Source: Ignavibacteria bacterium (GTDB lineage: Bacteria > Bacteroidota > Ignavibacteria > Tepidaquicellales > OLB5). Taken from it: a stretch of 64,000 nt of DNA. A program made the translations under genes and the position numbers. The notes below the pieces were generated by a model. It was not told the DNA's origin. It searched no databases and saw only the letters and a program-made list of their open reading frames with translations. Shown here piece after piece: positions 18,204 to 27,723 of this stretch. Location: the NCBI GenBank assembly GCA_041917655.1, contig JAYRXC010000004.1, forward strand, positions 7,450-71,449, read 5' to 3'. The first letter of the stretch is position 1; every line of letters starts with the position of its first letter.

Positions 18204-19034
18204 ATGACATTACTTACTGCATTTATACAGGAACACGCTCCGGGAGATTCAACCTTAGTACAAAAGGTCCAGGAAGATGGTAACTGGATCATGCACCACA
18301 TTTCTGATAAGCCCGTACTTTCAATACCGCCAATACATATCGGCGGCTTCACCCTGGATATGTCCATTTCGATGAAAATACTCATGCTTATGATAGCTGC
18401 GGTATTAATGATAATACTCTTCACTTTTGCAGCGGCATCCAATAAGAAAAGAAAACACCCCACCGGACTTGGCAACTTCTTCGAAATGATGATGGTATTC
18501 GTACGCGATGATATTGTCAAACCGTCAATGGGTCACGGTTCCGATAAGTTCATGCCGTTCTTCTTCACTCTCTTCTTTTTCATACTGTTTGTGAACATAA
18601 TCAGTTTGTTCCCGGGCATGTCAACCGGCACAAGCAGCATCAGCGTGACAGCAGGTCTGGCTCTTATAACATTTTTCATGACACAACTGCACGGAATAAA
18701 AAATAACGGCTTCATTGGATATTTTAAAGGGCTTATCCCTCCGGGCGTACCGGTGTTCGTTTTGCCCATTATGATAATTATTGAGTTCCTCGGACTGCTT
18801 ACAAAGCCTTTCGCATTGGCAATTCGTCTATTTGCCAACATGACAGCAGGCCACATCGTGATTTACGCATTGATCGGGCTGATATTCATGCTCGGTTACG
18901 CGGTTATCCCGGTATCAATCGGATTCTCACTTTTCATTTATGTTCTTGAGATACTGGTAGCGGTTTTGCAGGCATACATCTTCACAATGCTTTCAGCTTT
19001 GTTTATCGGTATGGCAGTACACCAGGAACATTAA
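18204..19034 (+). CDS. atpB: F0F1 ATP synthase subunit a
   Basis: LAIRLFANMTAGH (essential Arg helix) and the ...LQAYIFTML... C-terminal helix. Confidence 0.9.
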   Translation: MTLLTAFIQEHAPGDSTLVQKVQEDGNWIMHHISDKPVLSIPPIHIGGFTLDMSISMKILMLMIAAVLMIILFTFAAASNKKRKHPTGLGNFFEMMMVFVRDDIVKPSMGHGSDKFMPFFFTLFFFILFVNIISLFPGMSTGTSSISVTAGLALITFFMTQLHGIKNNGFIGYFKGLIPPGVPVFVLPIMIIIEFLGLLTKPFALAIRLFANMTAGHIVIYALIGLIFMLGYAVIPVSIGFSLFIYVLEILVAVLQAYIFTMLSALFIGMAVHQEH

Positions 19035-19132
19035 CAGGAGTTCGCAGCACGTTTGTTTCATTACATATTGAATTAAATTTTTTTACAAATAACATACATA
19101 CTTAATAATCGTTTAAGAAAGGATACATTCAA

Positions 19133-19351
19133 ATGAGCTTAGCAGCATTAGCAGCTGGAATCGGTGCAGGACTTGCAGTTATCGGAGCAGGCCTTGGTAT
19201 TGGCAGACTCGCAGCATCAGCGATGGAAGCTATCGGCAGACAGCCTGAAGCAACCGGCGATGTAAGAACCACAATGATCATCGCAGCAGCTCTGGTAGAA
19301 GGTGTTACACTCTTCGCGCTCGTTATCTGCTTTATTTTAGCCGGAAAATAA
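19133..19351 (+). CDS. atpE: F0F1 ATP synthase subunit c
   Basis: GIGRLAASAMEAIGRQPEA loop and the carboxylate helix AAALVEGVTLFALV. 72 aa. Confidence 0.95.
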   Translation: MSLAALAAGIGAGLAVIGAGLGIGRLAASAMEAIGRQPEATGDVRTTMIIAAALVEGVTLFALVICFILAGK

Positions 19352-19393
19352 TTCCGCGCTGAAATTTTCATTTAGCTTGGGAAAAATTGAAAG

Positions 19394-19427
19394 GTTAACC
19401 GCGTGCGGCAATCTGTGCGCGGTTAAC
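19394..19427 (+). promoter_or_regulatory. Intra-operon stem-loop after atpE
   Basis: gttaaccgcg (19394..19403) pairs perfectly with cgcggttaac (19418..19427) across a 14-nt loop. Only a weak T-run follows (atcggtttt). This fits an mRNA-stabilising or attenuating hairpin favouring c-subunit expression. Confidence 0.5.
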
Positions 19428-19472
19428 ATCGGTTTTCCAATACAGAAAAATTTTTACTAACAAAGGATAAAA

Positions 19473-20042
19473 ATGACTTTAGCTTATATATTCTTAGCGA
19501 AGTTTTATAATATAATTCTGTTCATCAGCAATGATCCGCATGAGAAGAAGGATACTCTTCTTTCAGTTGAACCGGGCCTGCTTATATGGACAATAATAAT
19601 TTTCGTCATACTCCTGTTTATTCTAAAAAAATACGCATGGGGTCCCCTGCTTAAATCGCTTAATGACAGGGAACAGGGCATTAAAGACTCGGTCGAGAAG
19701 GCTGAATACCTGAAGCAGGAAGCTGAAAAGATACTTGCACAGAACAAAGCTCTGCTTGCAAAGGCAGATGAAGATTCACGCCGTATCATCACCGAAGGCA
19801 AGGAACTGGCTGAGAAGCTCAGGAACGAAATGATGAGCAAGACTAACGAAGATACTGCAAGAATGATAAACCAGGCGAAGAGCGAAATTGAACGCGAAAA
19901 AGTTGCCGCGCTGAACACACTGAAGGATGAGATCGCAAATCTCGCAGTTCAGGCAGCCGGAAAGATCATAGATGAGAACCTGGACGCGCAGAAACAGAAA
20001 AAGATAATTGACGGATTTATCAACAAGATTCCGCAGAACTAA
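19473..20042 (+). CDS. atpF: F0F1 ATP synthase subunit b
   Basis: A single N-terminal TM (LLIWTIIIFVILLFILKKYAWGPL) followed by a long charged helix. Position after atpE. Confidence 0.85.
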   Translation: MTLAYIFLAKFYNIILFISNDPHEKKDTLLSVEPGLLIWTIIIFVILLFILKKYAWGPLLKSLNDREQGIKDSVEKAEYLKQEAEKILAQNKALLAKADEDSRRIITEGKELAEKLRNEMMSKTNEDTARMINQAKSEIEREKVAALNTLKDEIANLAVQAAGKIIDENLDAQKQKKIIDGFINKIPQN

Positions 20043-20060
20043 GGACAGGCACCAAGAGTT

Positions 20061-20612
20061 ATGACCAACAGAAAAGTAGCCAGGAAATACAATACAGCGC
20101 TTTACCTCACAGCGGTTGAGGTTAAAGCATCAGACGCGGTTAAAAAGGATATCGAAGATATCAGGAAAACCATTACGGATTCCAAAGAGCTTCAGAACTT
20201 CATTTTAACACCGGTTGTGAACCCCGAAAAGAAGGCCGCAGTAATGAAGGGCCTCTTCGAGGGAAAGGTAAACTCGCTTACATTAAAATATCTTGATTTC
20301 CTTTGTGAAAAACAGCGCATAAATATCCTTCCGGATATAACGGAAGACTATCTTGACCTTGTGAATGAAAAAGAAGGTGTTGTAAGGGCATTTGTTAAAA
20401 CTGCCGTCGATATCAGCGAGAGCGAAAAAGCCGCGCTGAACCAGAAGCTTAAAGCTTACACAGGTAAAGATATCACAGCCACTTACTCAGTCGATCCATC
20501 CATCAAAGGCGGCTTTATTGCCAGGATTGATGACAGGATAATCGACGCAAGCATTATCAGGCAGCTTGAGCTGCTGAAAGAAAGATTCTCCATGGGAAGC
20601 TTTAACAACTAA
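20061..20612 (+). CDS. atpH: F0F1 ATP synthase subunit delta (OSCP)
   Basis: Size, operon position, and the C-terminal ...VDPSIKGGFIARIDDRIIDASIIRQLELLK motif. Confidence 0.85.
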   Translation: MTNRKVARKYNTALYLTAVEVKASDAVKKDIEDIRKTITDSKELQNFILTPVVNPEKKAAVMKGLFEGKVNSLTLKYLDFLCEKQRINILPDITEDYLDLVNEKEGVVRAFVKTAVDISESEKAALNQKLKAYTGKDITATYSVDPSIKGGFIARIDDRIIDASIIRQLELLKERFSMGSFNN

Positions 20613-20672
20613 GCGTGCATTTGGCGCTTTTTTTTGCTACGAATAACAAAATTAATATAACTATATAAAACG

Positions 20673-22193
20673 ATGGCTGAAGTAAAACCAGATGAAGTAT
20701 CGGCGATACTTCGAAAACAATTATCAGGTTTCGAAAAAGAGATTGATATATACGAGGTTGGAACTGTTGTGCAGATCGGTGACGGTGTTGCGCGTGTTTA
20801 CGGATTGACCAAATGTATGGCGAGCGAGCTTATTGAGTTCCCCCATGGCGTATTCGGCATGGCACTTAACCTTGAAGAAGATAACGTTGGATGTATTTTG
20901 TTCGGTGACTACACACTTGTAAAAGAAGGCGATGAAGCAAAACGTACAGGCAGGGTTGCATCAATGCCGGTAGGCGAAGAGATGGTAGGCAGGGTTATAA
21001 ACCCGCTTGGCCAGCCTGTTGACGGCAAAGGCCCTATCACAACCAGCAAATTCCTTCCTATTGAAAGAAAAGCGCTTGGCGTTATCGCAAGGCAGCCGGT
21101 TAAAGAGCCCCTGCAGACAGGTATTAAAGCTATTGACTCCATGATCCCGATCGGAAGAGGACAAAGAGAGCTTATTATAGGCGATAGGCAGACCGGTAAA
21201 ACGGCTGTTGCAGTTGATACGGTTATCAACCAGAAAGGTAAAGGAGTATTTTGTATATATGTCGCTATCGGCCAGAAACAATCAACCGTAGCTCAGGTAG
21301 TTGCAAAGTTCCAGGAAACAGGCGCAATGGAGTACACTACGGTTATCACCGCAGCGGCTTCCGATCCTGCTCCTATGCAGTTCCTTGCACCTTATTCAGG
21401 CGCAACACTCGGAGAGTTCTTCCGTGATTCAGGCAGACATGCGCTTTGTATCTATGACGATCTTTCAAAGCAGGCTGCTGCTTACCGTGAAGTATCACTT
21501 CTTCTCAGAAGGCCCCCGGGACGTGAAGCTTACCCCGGTGACGTATTCTACCTGCATTCAAGGCTTTTGGAGAGAGCTTCAAAGCTGAGCGATGACCTTG
21601 GCGGCGGAAGCTTAACAGCTTTGCCGATCATCGAAACGCAGGCAGGTGACGTTTCTGCATATATTCCGACAAACGTTATTTCTATCACAGACGGTCAGAT
21701 ATACCTCGAGCCGAACCTGTTTAACTCAGGCGTTAGGCCGGCTATCAACGTAGGTATTTCAGTATCGCGTGTAGGTAGTGCAGCGCAGATCAAAGCTATG
21801 AAAAAAGTTGCAGGATCGCTTCGTTTGGATCTTGCTCAGTACAGGGCGCTTGAAGCGTTCACAAAGTTCGGCTCAGATCTTGATAAGGCAACGCTCCAGC
21901 AGCTTACAAGAGGCGCAAGGCTGGTTGAGATCCTCAAGCAGGGTCAATACACCCCCTACCCTGTTGAAAAACAGGTAGCGATCATCTTTGCTGGCACGAA
22001 CGGCTATCTTGATGAGATCCCGGTTCCGCACATTGCAAGGTATGAGAAGGAATTCCTCGAAATGATGGAGATGAAGCATAAGGATATTCTTGATTCAATT
22101 GCAGCATCAGGCGAAATGAACGATGAAAATACTTCGAAGATGAAACAGATCCTCGAAGACTTCACAAATAACTTTAAAGTCTCTGTAAAATAA
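20673..22193 (+). CDS. atpA: F0F1 ATP synthase subunit alpha
   Basis: [18 protein letters not shown] (P-loop), [13 protein letters not shown] and [21 protein letters not shown]. Confidence 0.97.
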   Translation: MAEVKPDEVSAILRKQLSGFEKEIDIYEVGTVVQIGDGVARVYGLTKCMASELIEFPHGVFGMALNLEEDNVGCILFGDYTLVKEGDEAKRTGRVASMPVGEEMVGRVINPLGQPVDGKGPITTSKFLPIERKALGVIARQPVKEPLQTGIKAIDSMIPIGRGQRELIIGDRQTGKTAVAVDTVINQKGKGVFCIYVAIGQKQSTVAQVVAKFQETGAMEYTTVITAAASDPAPMQFLAPYSGATLGEFFRDSGRHALCIYDDLSKQAAAYREVSLLLRRPPGREAYPGDVFYLHSRLLERASKLSDDLGGGSLTALPIIETQAGDVSAYIPTNVISITDGQIYLEPNLFNSGVRPAINVGISVSRVGSAAQIKAMKKVAGSLRLDLAQYRALEAFTKFGSDLDKATLQQLTRGARLVEILKQGQYTPYPVEKQVAIIFAGTNGYLDEIPVPHIARYEKEFLEMMEMKHKDILDSIAASGEMNDENTSKMKQILEDFTNNFKVSVK

Positions 22194-22196
22194 TAC

Positions 22197-23081
22197 ATGG
22201 CAACACTAAGAGAAATACGCGACAGGATAGGCAGTATTAAGAATACTGAGAAGATCACCCGTGCTATGAAAATGATAGCATCGGTTAAGTTCCGCAAGGC
22301 GCAGCAGAATGTTGTTGCAGCAAGGCCTTATGCGCGGAAAATAAGCGATATTCTCAGGAACCTTATTCCTACCATAGAGAGCTTCGATAACGAGCTGCTG
22401 AAACAGAGAGAGATTAAAAAGGTTTGTGTAGTTGTTATAGCTGCTGATAGAGGCCTTTGCGGCTCTTTCAACACAAACCTGCTTAAGGTTGCGAACTCTA
22501 TCATAAACGAAAAATACGGCGAATACCTAAAAAGCCATGACCTCACAATTTTCCCTATCGGGAAAAAAGCGTATGACCATTATTCAAAAAGAAACTATGA
22601 TCTTTACGCAAGGTCAATAAACGTTTTTGATAAGCTCCTGTTTTCAGATGCGCAGAATATTGTAAAAGAGATTATCAAAGGTTACATTGAAAAACGTTTC
22701 GACAAAGTTGTGATTATTTACAATGAGTTCAAGAACGTTGTGCAGTCAAAGACTGTGGAAGAGCAGTTCCTGCCGATTCCCCCGTTTGAAGCTGCCGAAG
22801 GCGAGAAGTCAAAGGTCTCGAACTACATCTTTGAGCCTTCAAGCGTTGAAATAGTAAATAACCTGCTTCCAAGGCACCTTAACACACAGATATGGCGCAT
22901 TCTGCTTGAATCATTCGCATCAGAGCAGGCTGCACGTATGACTGCGATGGATGCGGCTACTACTAACGCGAATGACCTGGTTAAATCACTTAACCTTTCA
23001 TACAACCGCGCACGCCAGGCTAAGATCACAACCGAGATTCTTGAGATCGTTGGCGGTGCAGAAGCATTAAAGGCATCATAA
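22197..23081 (+). CDS. atpG: F0F1 ATP synthase subunit gamma
   Basis: MATLREIRDRIGSIKNTEKITRAMKMIASVKFRKAQ at the N-terminus and ...NRARQAKITTEILEIVGGAEAL at the C-terminus. Confidence 0.95.
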   Translation: MATLREIRDRIGSIKNTEKITRAMKMIASVKFRKAQQNVVAARPYARKISDILRNLIPTIESFDNELLKQREIKKVCVVVIAADRGLCGSFNTNLLKVANSIINEKYGEYLKSHDLTIFPIGKKAYDHYSKRNYDLYARSINVFDKLLFSDAQNIVKEIIKGYIEKRFDKVVIIYNEFKNVVQSKTVEEQFLPIPPFEAAEGEKSKVSNYIFEPSSVEIVNNLLPRHLNTQIWRILLESFASEQAARMTAMDAATTNANDLVKSLNLSYNRARQAKITTEILEIVGGAEALKAS

Positions 23082-23103
23082 TTTAATTATTCAGAATTCA
23101 AAA

Positions 23104-23135
23104 GGCGTTCAATAGCAATGTTGAACGCCTTTTTT
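23104..23135 (+). terminator. Rho-independent terminator after atpG
   Basis: ggcgttcaa (23104..23112) pairs with ttgaacgcc (23121..23129), followed by tttttt. Confidence 0.8.
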
Positions 23136-23166
23136 GTTAAGATAAGTCTCACGATTTGAACTCCCC

Positions 23167-23190
23167 GTTGTTGGTGTTATCACCAACAAC
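23167..23190. repeat. Perfect 10-bp inverted repeat (hairpin/operator-like)
   Basis: gttgttggtg-ttat-caccaacaac. No T-run on either side. It lies ~75 nt upstream of the DUF814 gene start. Confidence 0.6.
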
Positions 23191-23264
23191 AACTTCCTCT
23201 ACCCTTCATTATGTCAGATAGATTCTTCCGTCGCTACCCTCCTTCAGAATTATTATATTTGTAA

Positions 23265-23654
23265 ATGGAAACTGATAACAACCTGAAATTTTTCCGCATA
23301 TTTCCGCTAGGCGAGGGATTTGAAGTCTGGGTGGGCAAACACTCTGAAGCCAATGATTTGCTTTCATTCAAATACACAAAGCAAAATGACCTGTGGTTTC
23401 ACGTCCGCGGCACAAGCGGTTCACACACAATATTGAAGCTGCCGGAATATTTTGACGGAATGATACCGAAAGACTATATAAAAACAGCGGCGGAGATATG
23501 CGCATTTTACAGTAAGGCTAAGAATGCTAAGAATGTACGGGTAGCATATACTGAGGGCAGGAATGTCTCAAAATACAAAGGCGCTAAATCAGGCAGTGTT
23601 GTTATTAAGGGTGAAAAAGTCGTGAAAGTGCAGCCTCAAATCCCTCAACAATAG
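23265..23654 (+). CDS. NFACT-R/DUF814 domain protein (stand-alone RqcH/FbpA C-terminal-like module)
   Basis: VWVGKHSEANDLLSFKYTKQNDLWFHVRGTSGSHTILK...AAEICAFYSKAK matches the DUF814 signature. Confidence 0.75.
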   Translation: METDNNLKFFRIFPLGEGFEVWVGKHSEANDLLSFKYTKQNDLWFHVRGTSGSHTILKLPEYFDGMIPKDYIKTAAEICAFYSKAKNAKNVRVAYTEGRNVSKYKGAKSGSVVIKGEKVVKVQPQIPQQ

Positions 23655-23696
23655 CTCTTTCTTTACACTTATGGAAACAGAAACAGTTTAAGACGG

Positions 23697-24452
23697 TTAG
23701 AAATCATTTATAAGCTTGTTGATCTGTATCTCTACTTCGCTTATTTTACTTTCCAGTACTTCCGTGCGTTCAGGTTTTATCTTAAGCAGGTAAGTATAAG
23801 CTTCCATCGCGTCGAAGTAATTGCCCTGCTTGGCAAATATATCCGCGAGCGTTTCGGTAATTATCTTGACTTCAAATTTATTCTTAAGCCTCTTTTTCTC
23901 ATACGAAGGCTTGCCATTATCCTTTTTGAAGAAATGCGGTGTTTCAAAAATCTTCCTGAAATCGGCGTAGTCATTCGATTCCTCAATCTCTTTCAGGTCA
24001 AGCCTGTCGCCTGAAAGCTCTTCAATCTCGTAAGACGGGAACAAGTTATAGTTGAAGTCATAATCATTATAAACAGGCGCCTTAAACTCCAGCTTTGGAA
24101 TAATATCTTCTTCCAGCCTGCGGGATACTTCGTTTTTGGTGAGATCAGATGCTATATCCAGGTATTTCTGGGCAATGGCCATTTCCGGATTTTCGGCTAG
24201 CAGCTTTTCAAACAGCTTCTTCGCATCAATAAAATACCTGTTGCTAAGGTAAGCCTTACCAAGCAGAAGCTGCGCAGTGGTGTAGTTTGGGTAAAACTTC
24301 AGTCCGGCCTGCAGCAGGTCAATAGCCTCGGTTATGCTTCCGTTGATAAGGTAATAATTCGCCAGCTTAACAAACTCCGGAGTAAGCGGATTGGTCCTGA
24401 TCTTATCTTCAAGCTTCTGGATAAGGTATTTTATTATGTCTGTATCTACCAA
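23697..24452 (-). CDS. TPR repeat protein
   Basis: Several 34-aa TPR-like units (AIDLLQAGLKFYPNYTTAQLLLGKAY..., AKKLFEKLLAENPEMAIAQKYL..., AMEAYTYLLKIKPE). Confidence 0.7.
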   Translation of the reverse strand: MVDTDIIKYLIQKLEDKIRTNPLTPEFVKLANYYLINGSITEAIDLLQAGLKFYPNYTTAQLLLGKAYLSNRYFIDAKKLFEKLLAENPEMAIAQKYLDIASDLTKNEVSRRLEEDIIPKLEFKAPVYNDYDFNYNLFPSYEIEELSGDRLDLKEIEESNDYADFRKIFETPHFFKKDNGKPSYEKKRLKNKFEVKIITETLADIFAKQGNYFDAMEAYTYLLKIKPERTEVLESKISEVEIQINKLINDF

Positions 24453-24490
24453 TTTTTATTTATAACGAATTCTGTTTTATTCTGATAATT

Positions 24491-25969
24491 TTAAGCTGAT
24501 TGTTCTGAAACTTTTTTGTTTGTATCTATAACATGTTTTATCGAAAGATAAGCTACCAGTCCGAATCCAAAAGTGTACATAAGCTGGAATGGTATAGCCG
24601 ATATCTGCAAAGTTACTGCGGAAACTACCACACATGCAAGGCTGTATAACGCTATCAGCAGCTCAAGTATTACAGAGAACTTCACGAATTTCTTATGCAC
24701 ATATTTTTTATCCTGCCATTTATCCTTATCGCCTTCAATGCCGTATTTGGGCGTCCTAACGAACTCGGACTTTTTGTTTATCAAAGCCTCAAATACAGCT
24801 TTTGTATTATTTATCGCAAAGCCCATGCTGCCCGCCATGAAGACGGGGAACAGCAGTATACGCGAGCGCCAGTCATCATAAACATCCTTCTGAGAGTACA
24901 GGTAAAATAAGAAAGAAGCAATAAACGCCAGCACAAATACTGACATAAACATGAAGTAAATATCATACAATCCAGTATTTTTGATAAGTACGATAGGCAT
25001 GTTAAGCAGGCATGCAACCAGAATGAACGGGAATACAATATTGTTTGTAAGATGGAATGTACACATGATCTTGGTTTTGAATGGAATATCCGATCTCCAA
25101 ACCGTGAATAACATTTTTTTCGCAGTTTCAATTGCACCTTTTGTCCAGCGAAACTGCTGTGATTTCAGCGAGTTTATTTCCGAAGGTACTTCAGATGGAG
25201 TTGTGAAATCTGTGAGGTACCTGAACTTCCAGCCCTTAAGCTGTGCGCGGTATGAAAGGTCAAGGTCTTCAGTCAGCGTATCCGCTTCCCAGTTGCCTGC
25301 GTCAAATATGCATTCCTTGCGCCAAATGCCGCTTGTACCGTTGAAATTGATGAAGTAACCTGCCTTGTTCCTCACCTGCTGCTCAAGAACAAAATGCCCA
25401 TCGAGCGCCAGCGCCTGGATCTGCGTTACCAGTGAATATGCGCGGTTCAGGTGCTCCCAGCGGGTCTGCACCATTCCGATCTTCGGATCTTTGAAGAAAG
25501 GTATAACGATATTGAGAAAATTCTTTCTCGGGATAAAATCAGCGTCAAAAATGGCGACGAACTCACCCTTAGCTGTCTTAAGGCCTTCTTTTAAAGCGCC
25601 GGCTTTATAACCGGTGCGGTCTGTGCGGTGAATATGCTGAATATCAAACCCACGAAGCTTGTACTCTTTTACAATGTTCGCAACTATCTCCACTGTTTCA
25701 TCTGTGGAGTCATCTAAGACCTGTATTTCCAGCTTGTCTATCGGATAATCCATCTCGCATGTCGTTTTTATCAGCCTCTCTATAACATACATTTCGTTGT
25801 AAATGGGAAGCTGAATTGTAACCATGGGATAGTTTTCAATCGTACCCGAAAAATCATCCCTTTTGTGCCTGTGTTTAAGGTAATAATATATCATAATGAA
25901 GCCATGCGAACCGAACGTAAACAATATCAGCAAAGAGCCGATATATGTGAATAGTATTATTTTTTCCAA
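24491..25969 (-). CDS. Processive family-2 glycosyltransferase (CesA/CslA/NodC-like membrane synthase)
   Basis: An N-terminal TM, then VLDDSTDET, IFDADFIP, LTEDLDLSYRA and QQFRWTKG (D,D,D,QxxRW), then four C-terminal TM helices. Confidence 0.8.
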   Translation of the reverse strand: MEKIILFTYIGSLLILFTFGSHGFIMIYYYLKHRHKRDDFSGTIENYPMVTIQLPIYNEMYVIERLIKTTCEMDYPIDKLEIQVLDDSTDETVEIVANIVKEYKLRGFDIQHIHRTDRTGYKAGALKEGLKTAKGEFVAIFDADFIPRKNFLNIVIPFFKDPKIGMVQTRWEHLNRAYSLVTQIQALALDGHFVLEQQVRNKAGYFINFNGTSGIWRKECIFDAGNWEADTLTEDLDLSYRAQLKGWKFRYLTDFTTPSEVPSEINSLKSQQFRWTKGAIETAKKMLFTVWRSDIPFKTKIMCTFHLTNNIVFPFILVACLLNMPIVLIKNTGLYDIYFMFMSVFVLAFIASFLFYLYSQKDVYDDWRSRILLFPVFMAGSMGFAINNTKAVFEALINKKSEFVRTPKYGIEGDKDKWQDKKYVHKKFVKFSVILELLIALYSLACVVVSAVTLQISAIPFQLMYTFGFGLVAYLSIKHVIDTNKKVSEQSA

Positions 25970-26042
25970 TTTATGTTGTTAACCTCTTATCAGTATATAT
26001 TATGCAGCAATATGCTAAAACTCTGTTTTTGCGGCTTATAAA

Positions 26043-26570
26043 TTACCAGTTTGAAATTACTTCCAGCAGAATATCATCGGTAATTTTATCTTCAGCCTGC
26101 TTTACGCCTTCATCCCTCTGGGAGAAGCCGCCGGTGGAGCTGTCATACTCGCCCCAATTCGAAAAATCTTTTTTCCAGATGCTCTTTTGTTTTCTCAGGT
26201 TCACGAAATCTACCGAAACAACGATGGTAACTTTGCGGCGTGAGACCTGTTCATTGCCGGAAACGACAAGCGCTTCATCGGTGACTGTTTTAACATAACA
26301 CTCAACCATACCATCCGCCTGGGTTTTTTCGGCGTATTCAAGCGTTGCGTCATTGATAAACTTTGTTTTCAGCAGCGTAGTTAATTCTTCACCAAGATTC
26401 GGCAGCCCGAAGCCGCTTTCATCTTTGATATTCGGGATGAAAATTGTTTTAATTCCTTCGGGCGGTGAAGCGCCTTTAAAGCTGTAATTGCAGGAAAAGA
26501 AGCTGCCTGCTGAAAAAACCAGCGCAAACATTGCTAATATGGAGATGGCCTTTTTAGTTGAGCTTGCCAT
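26043..26570 (-). CDS. lptE: LptE-like LPS-assembly lipoprotein
   Basis: Lipoprotein signal with lipobox SFFSC. Size ~175 aa, with NYSFKGASPPEGIKTIFIPNIKDES at the mature N-terminus. It sits after miaB and the sigma-54 activator, as I recall for FCB genomes. Confidence 0.55.
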   Translation of the reverse strand: MASSTKKAISILAMFALVFSAGSFFSCNYSFKGASPPEGIKTIFIPNIKDESGFGLPNLGEELTTLLKTKFINDATLEYAEKTQADGMVECYVKTVTDEALVVSGNEQVSRRKVTIVVSVDFVNLRKQKSIWKKDFSNWGEYDSSTGGFSQRDEGVKQAEDKITDDILLEVISNW

Positions 26571-27681
26571 TTTTCAATCCATATTGTTTGAATTTCCTGT
26601 ATAATGTCCGGTTGCTGATCTTAAGCTTATCTGCTATGCGGTTTATGTTCCCGTTGTATTTAGAATAATAATAAGTCAGCAGTTCCTGCTCAAACTCATC
26701 GAATGTAATGTTATCAATTTTATCATCGCTCACATAGAACCCGTTTTCAGGCACTTTTGAGCCCTTGGCTTCAAAGTGCACGAGCTGGTTCTTGATATCC
26801 ATGATATCCTTCTTCAGCTCAAACAGCGCGCCGAACAGAAGCTGCCTCTCATCTTCGCGCTTGAATCCGTTGACCGTAGCCGGAAGCATTGGCTCATCAT
26901 ACCTGGGAACGCTTAGCTGCTTCAGAACATCTCCCAGCTCAATACGCCTATCTGCGTTAAGTGTGATTATGCTCTCAGTAAAATTCTTGAGCTCACGAAC
27001 ATTCCCCGGCCAGCTGTAATTTGAAATGTAAGCCATTGCCTCATCGGAGATCCCTTTGTACTCAATATTATTTCTTTTGCAGAACTGGTCAACAAAGCTA
27101 TCGAAAAGCAACTTAATATCTCCTTTGCGTTCACGAAGAGGCGGAATAACAATATTAATTGATCTTAAGCGGTAATAAAGGTCCTCGCGGAATGAATCAG
27201 CGGCAATTAGCTGTTCCAGATTTTTATTTGTAGCGGCAATGATACGTACATCAACTTTTTCGGTCTTCGTTCCGCCTACTTTCATATACTCGCCGTTTTC
27301 GATAACCCTGAGAAACTTCACCTGTGTCTGCATCGGCAGTTCGCCAATCTCATCTAAAAAGATTGTCCCGGTATTTGCAGCCTCAAAGTATCCTTTGCGG
27401 CTATCAACCGCGCCGGTAAATGAGCCCTTCACATGTCCAAACAACTCGCTTTCTATAATGCCTTCGGGAATTGCGCCGCAGTTAACAGTAACGAACGGTT
27501 TCCCGGCACGCTTGCTGTTCAGGTGAATCTCATTGGCAACAACTTCTTTGCCCGAGCCGCTTTCTCCCGTAATAAGGACGGTAATATCGGTTGGGGCCAC
27601 CTGCTTAATGATCTCCCGCAGCTCAACTATCGCTACCGAGCTGCCAAGCAGGCTGCTGTTATTTGAAATGTCTTTGTTCAA
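26554..27681 (-). CDS. Sigma-54-dependent transcriptional activator (bEBP) lacking an N-terminal sensory domain
   Basis: Walker A GESGSGKE at residues 39-46, ESELFGH, GSFTGA (a GAFTGA variant), FLDEIGE, RIIAATN and REDLYYRL, plus a C-terminal Fis-type HTH (NINRIADKLKISNRTLYRKFKQY). Confidence 0.9.
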   Translation of the reverse strand: MNKDISNNSSLLGSSVAIVELREIIKQVAPTDITVLITGESGSGKEVVANEIHLNSKRAGKPFVTVNCGAIPEGIIESELFGHVKGSFTGAVDSRKGYFEAANTGTIFLDEIGELPMQTQVKFLRVIENGEYMKVGGTKTEKVDVRIIAATNKNLEQLIAADSFREDLYYRLRSINIVIPPLRERKGDIKLLFDSFVDQFCKRNNIEYKGISDEAMAYISNYSWPGNVRELKNFTESIITLNADRRIELGDVLKQLSVPRYDEPMLPATVNGFKREDERQLLFGALFELKKDIMDIKNQLVHFEAKGSKVPENGFYVSDDKIDNITFDEFEQELLTYYYSKYNGNINRIADKLKISNRTLYRKFKQYGLKNGKLN

Positions 27682-27723
27682 CTCTATATAGCTCTTCTTA
27701 TCCCCTGAAGATGCCTGTGGTTT

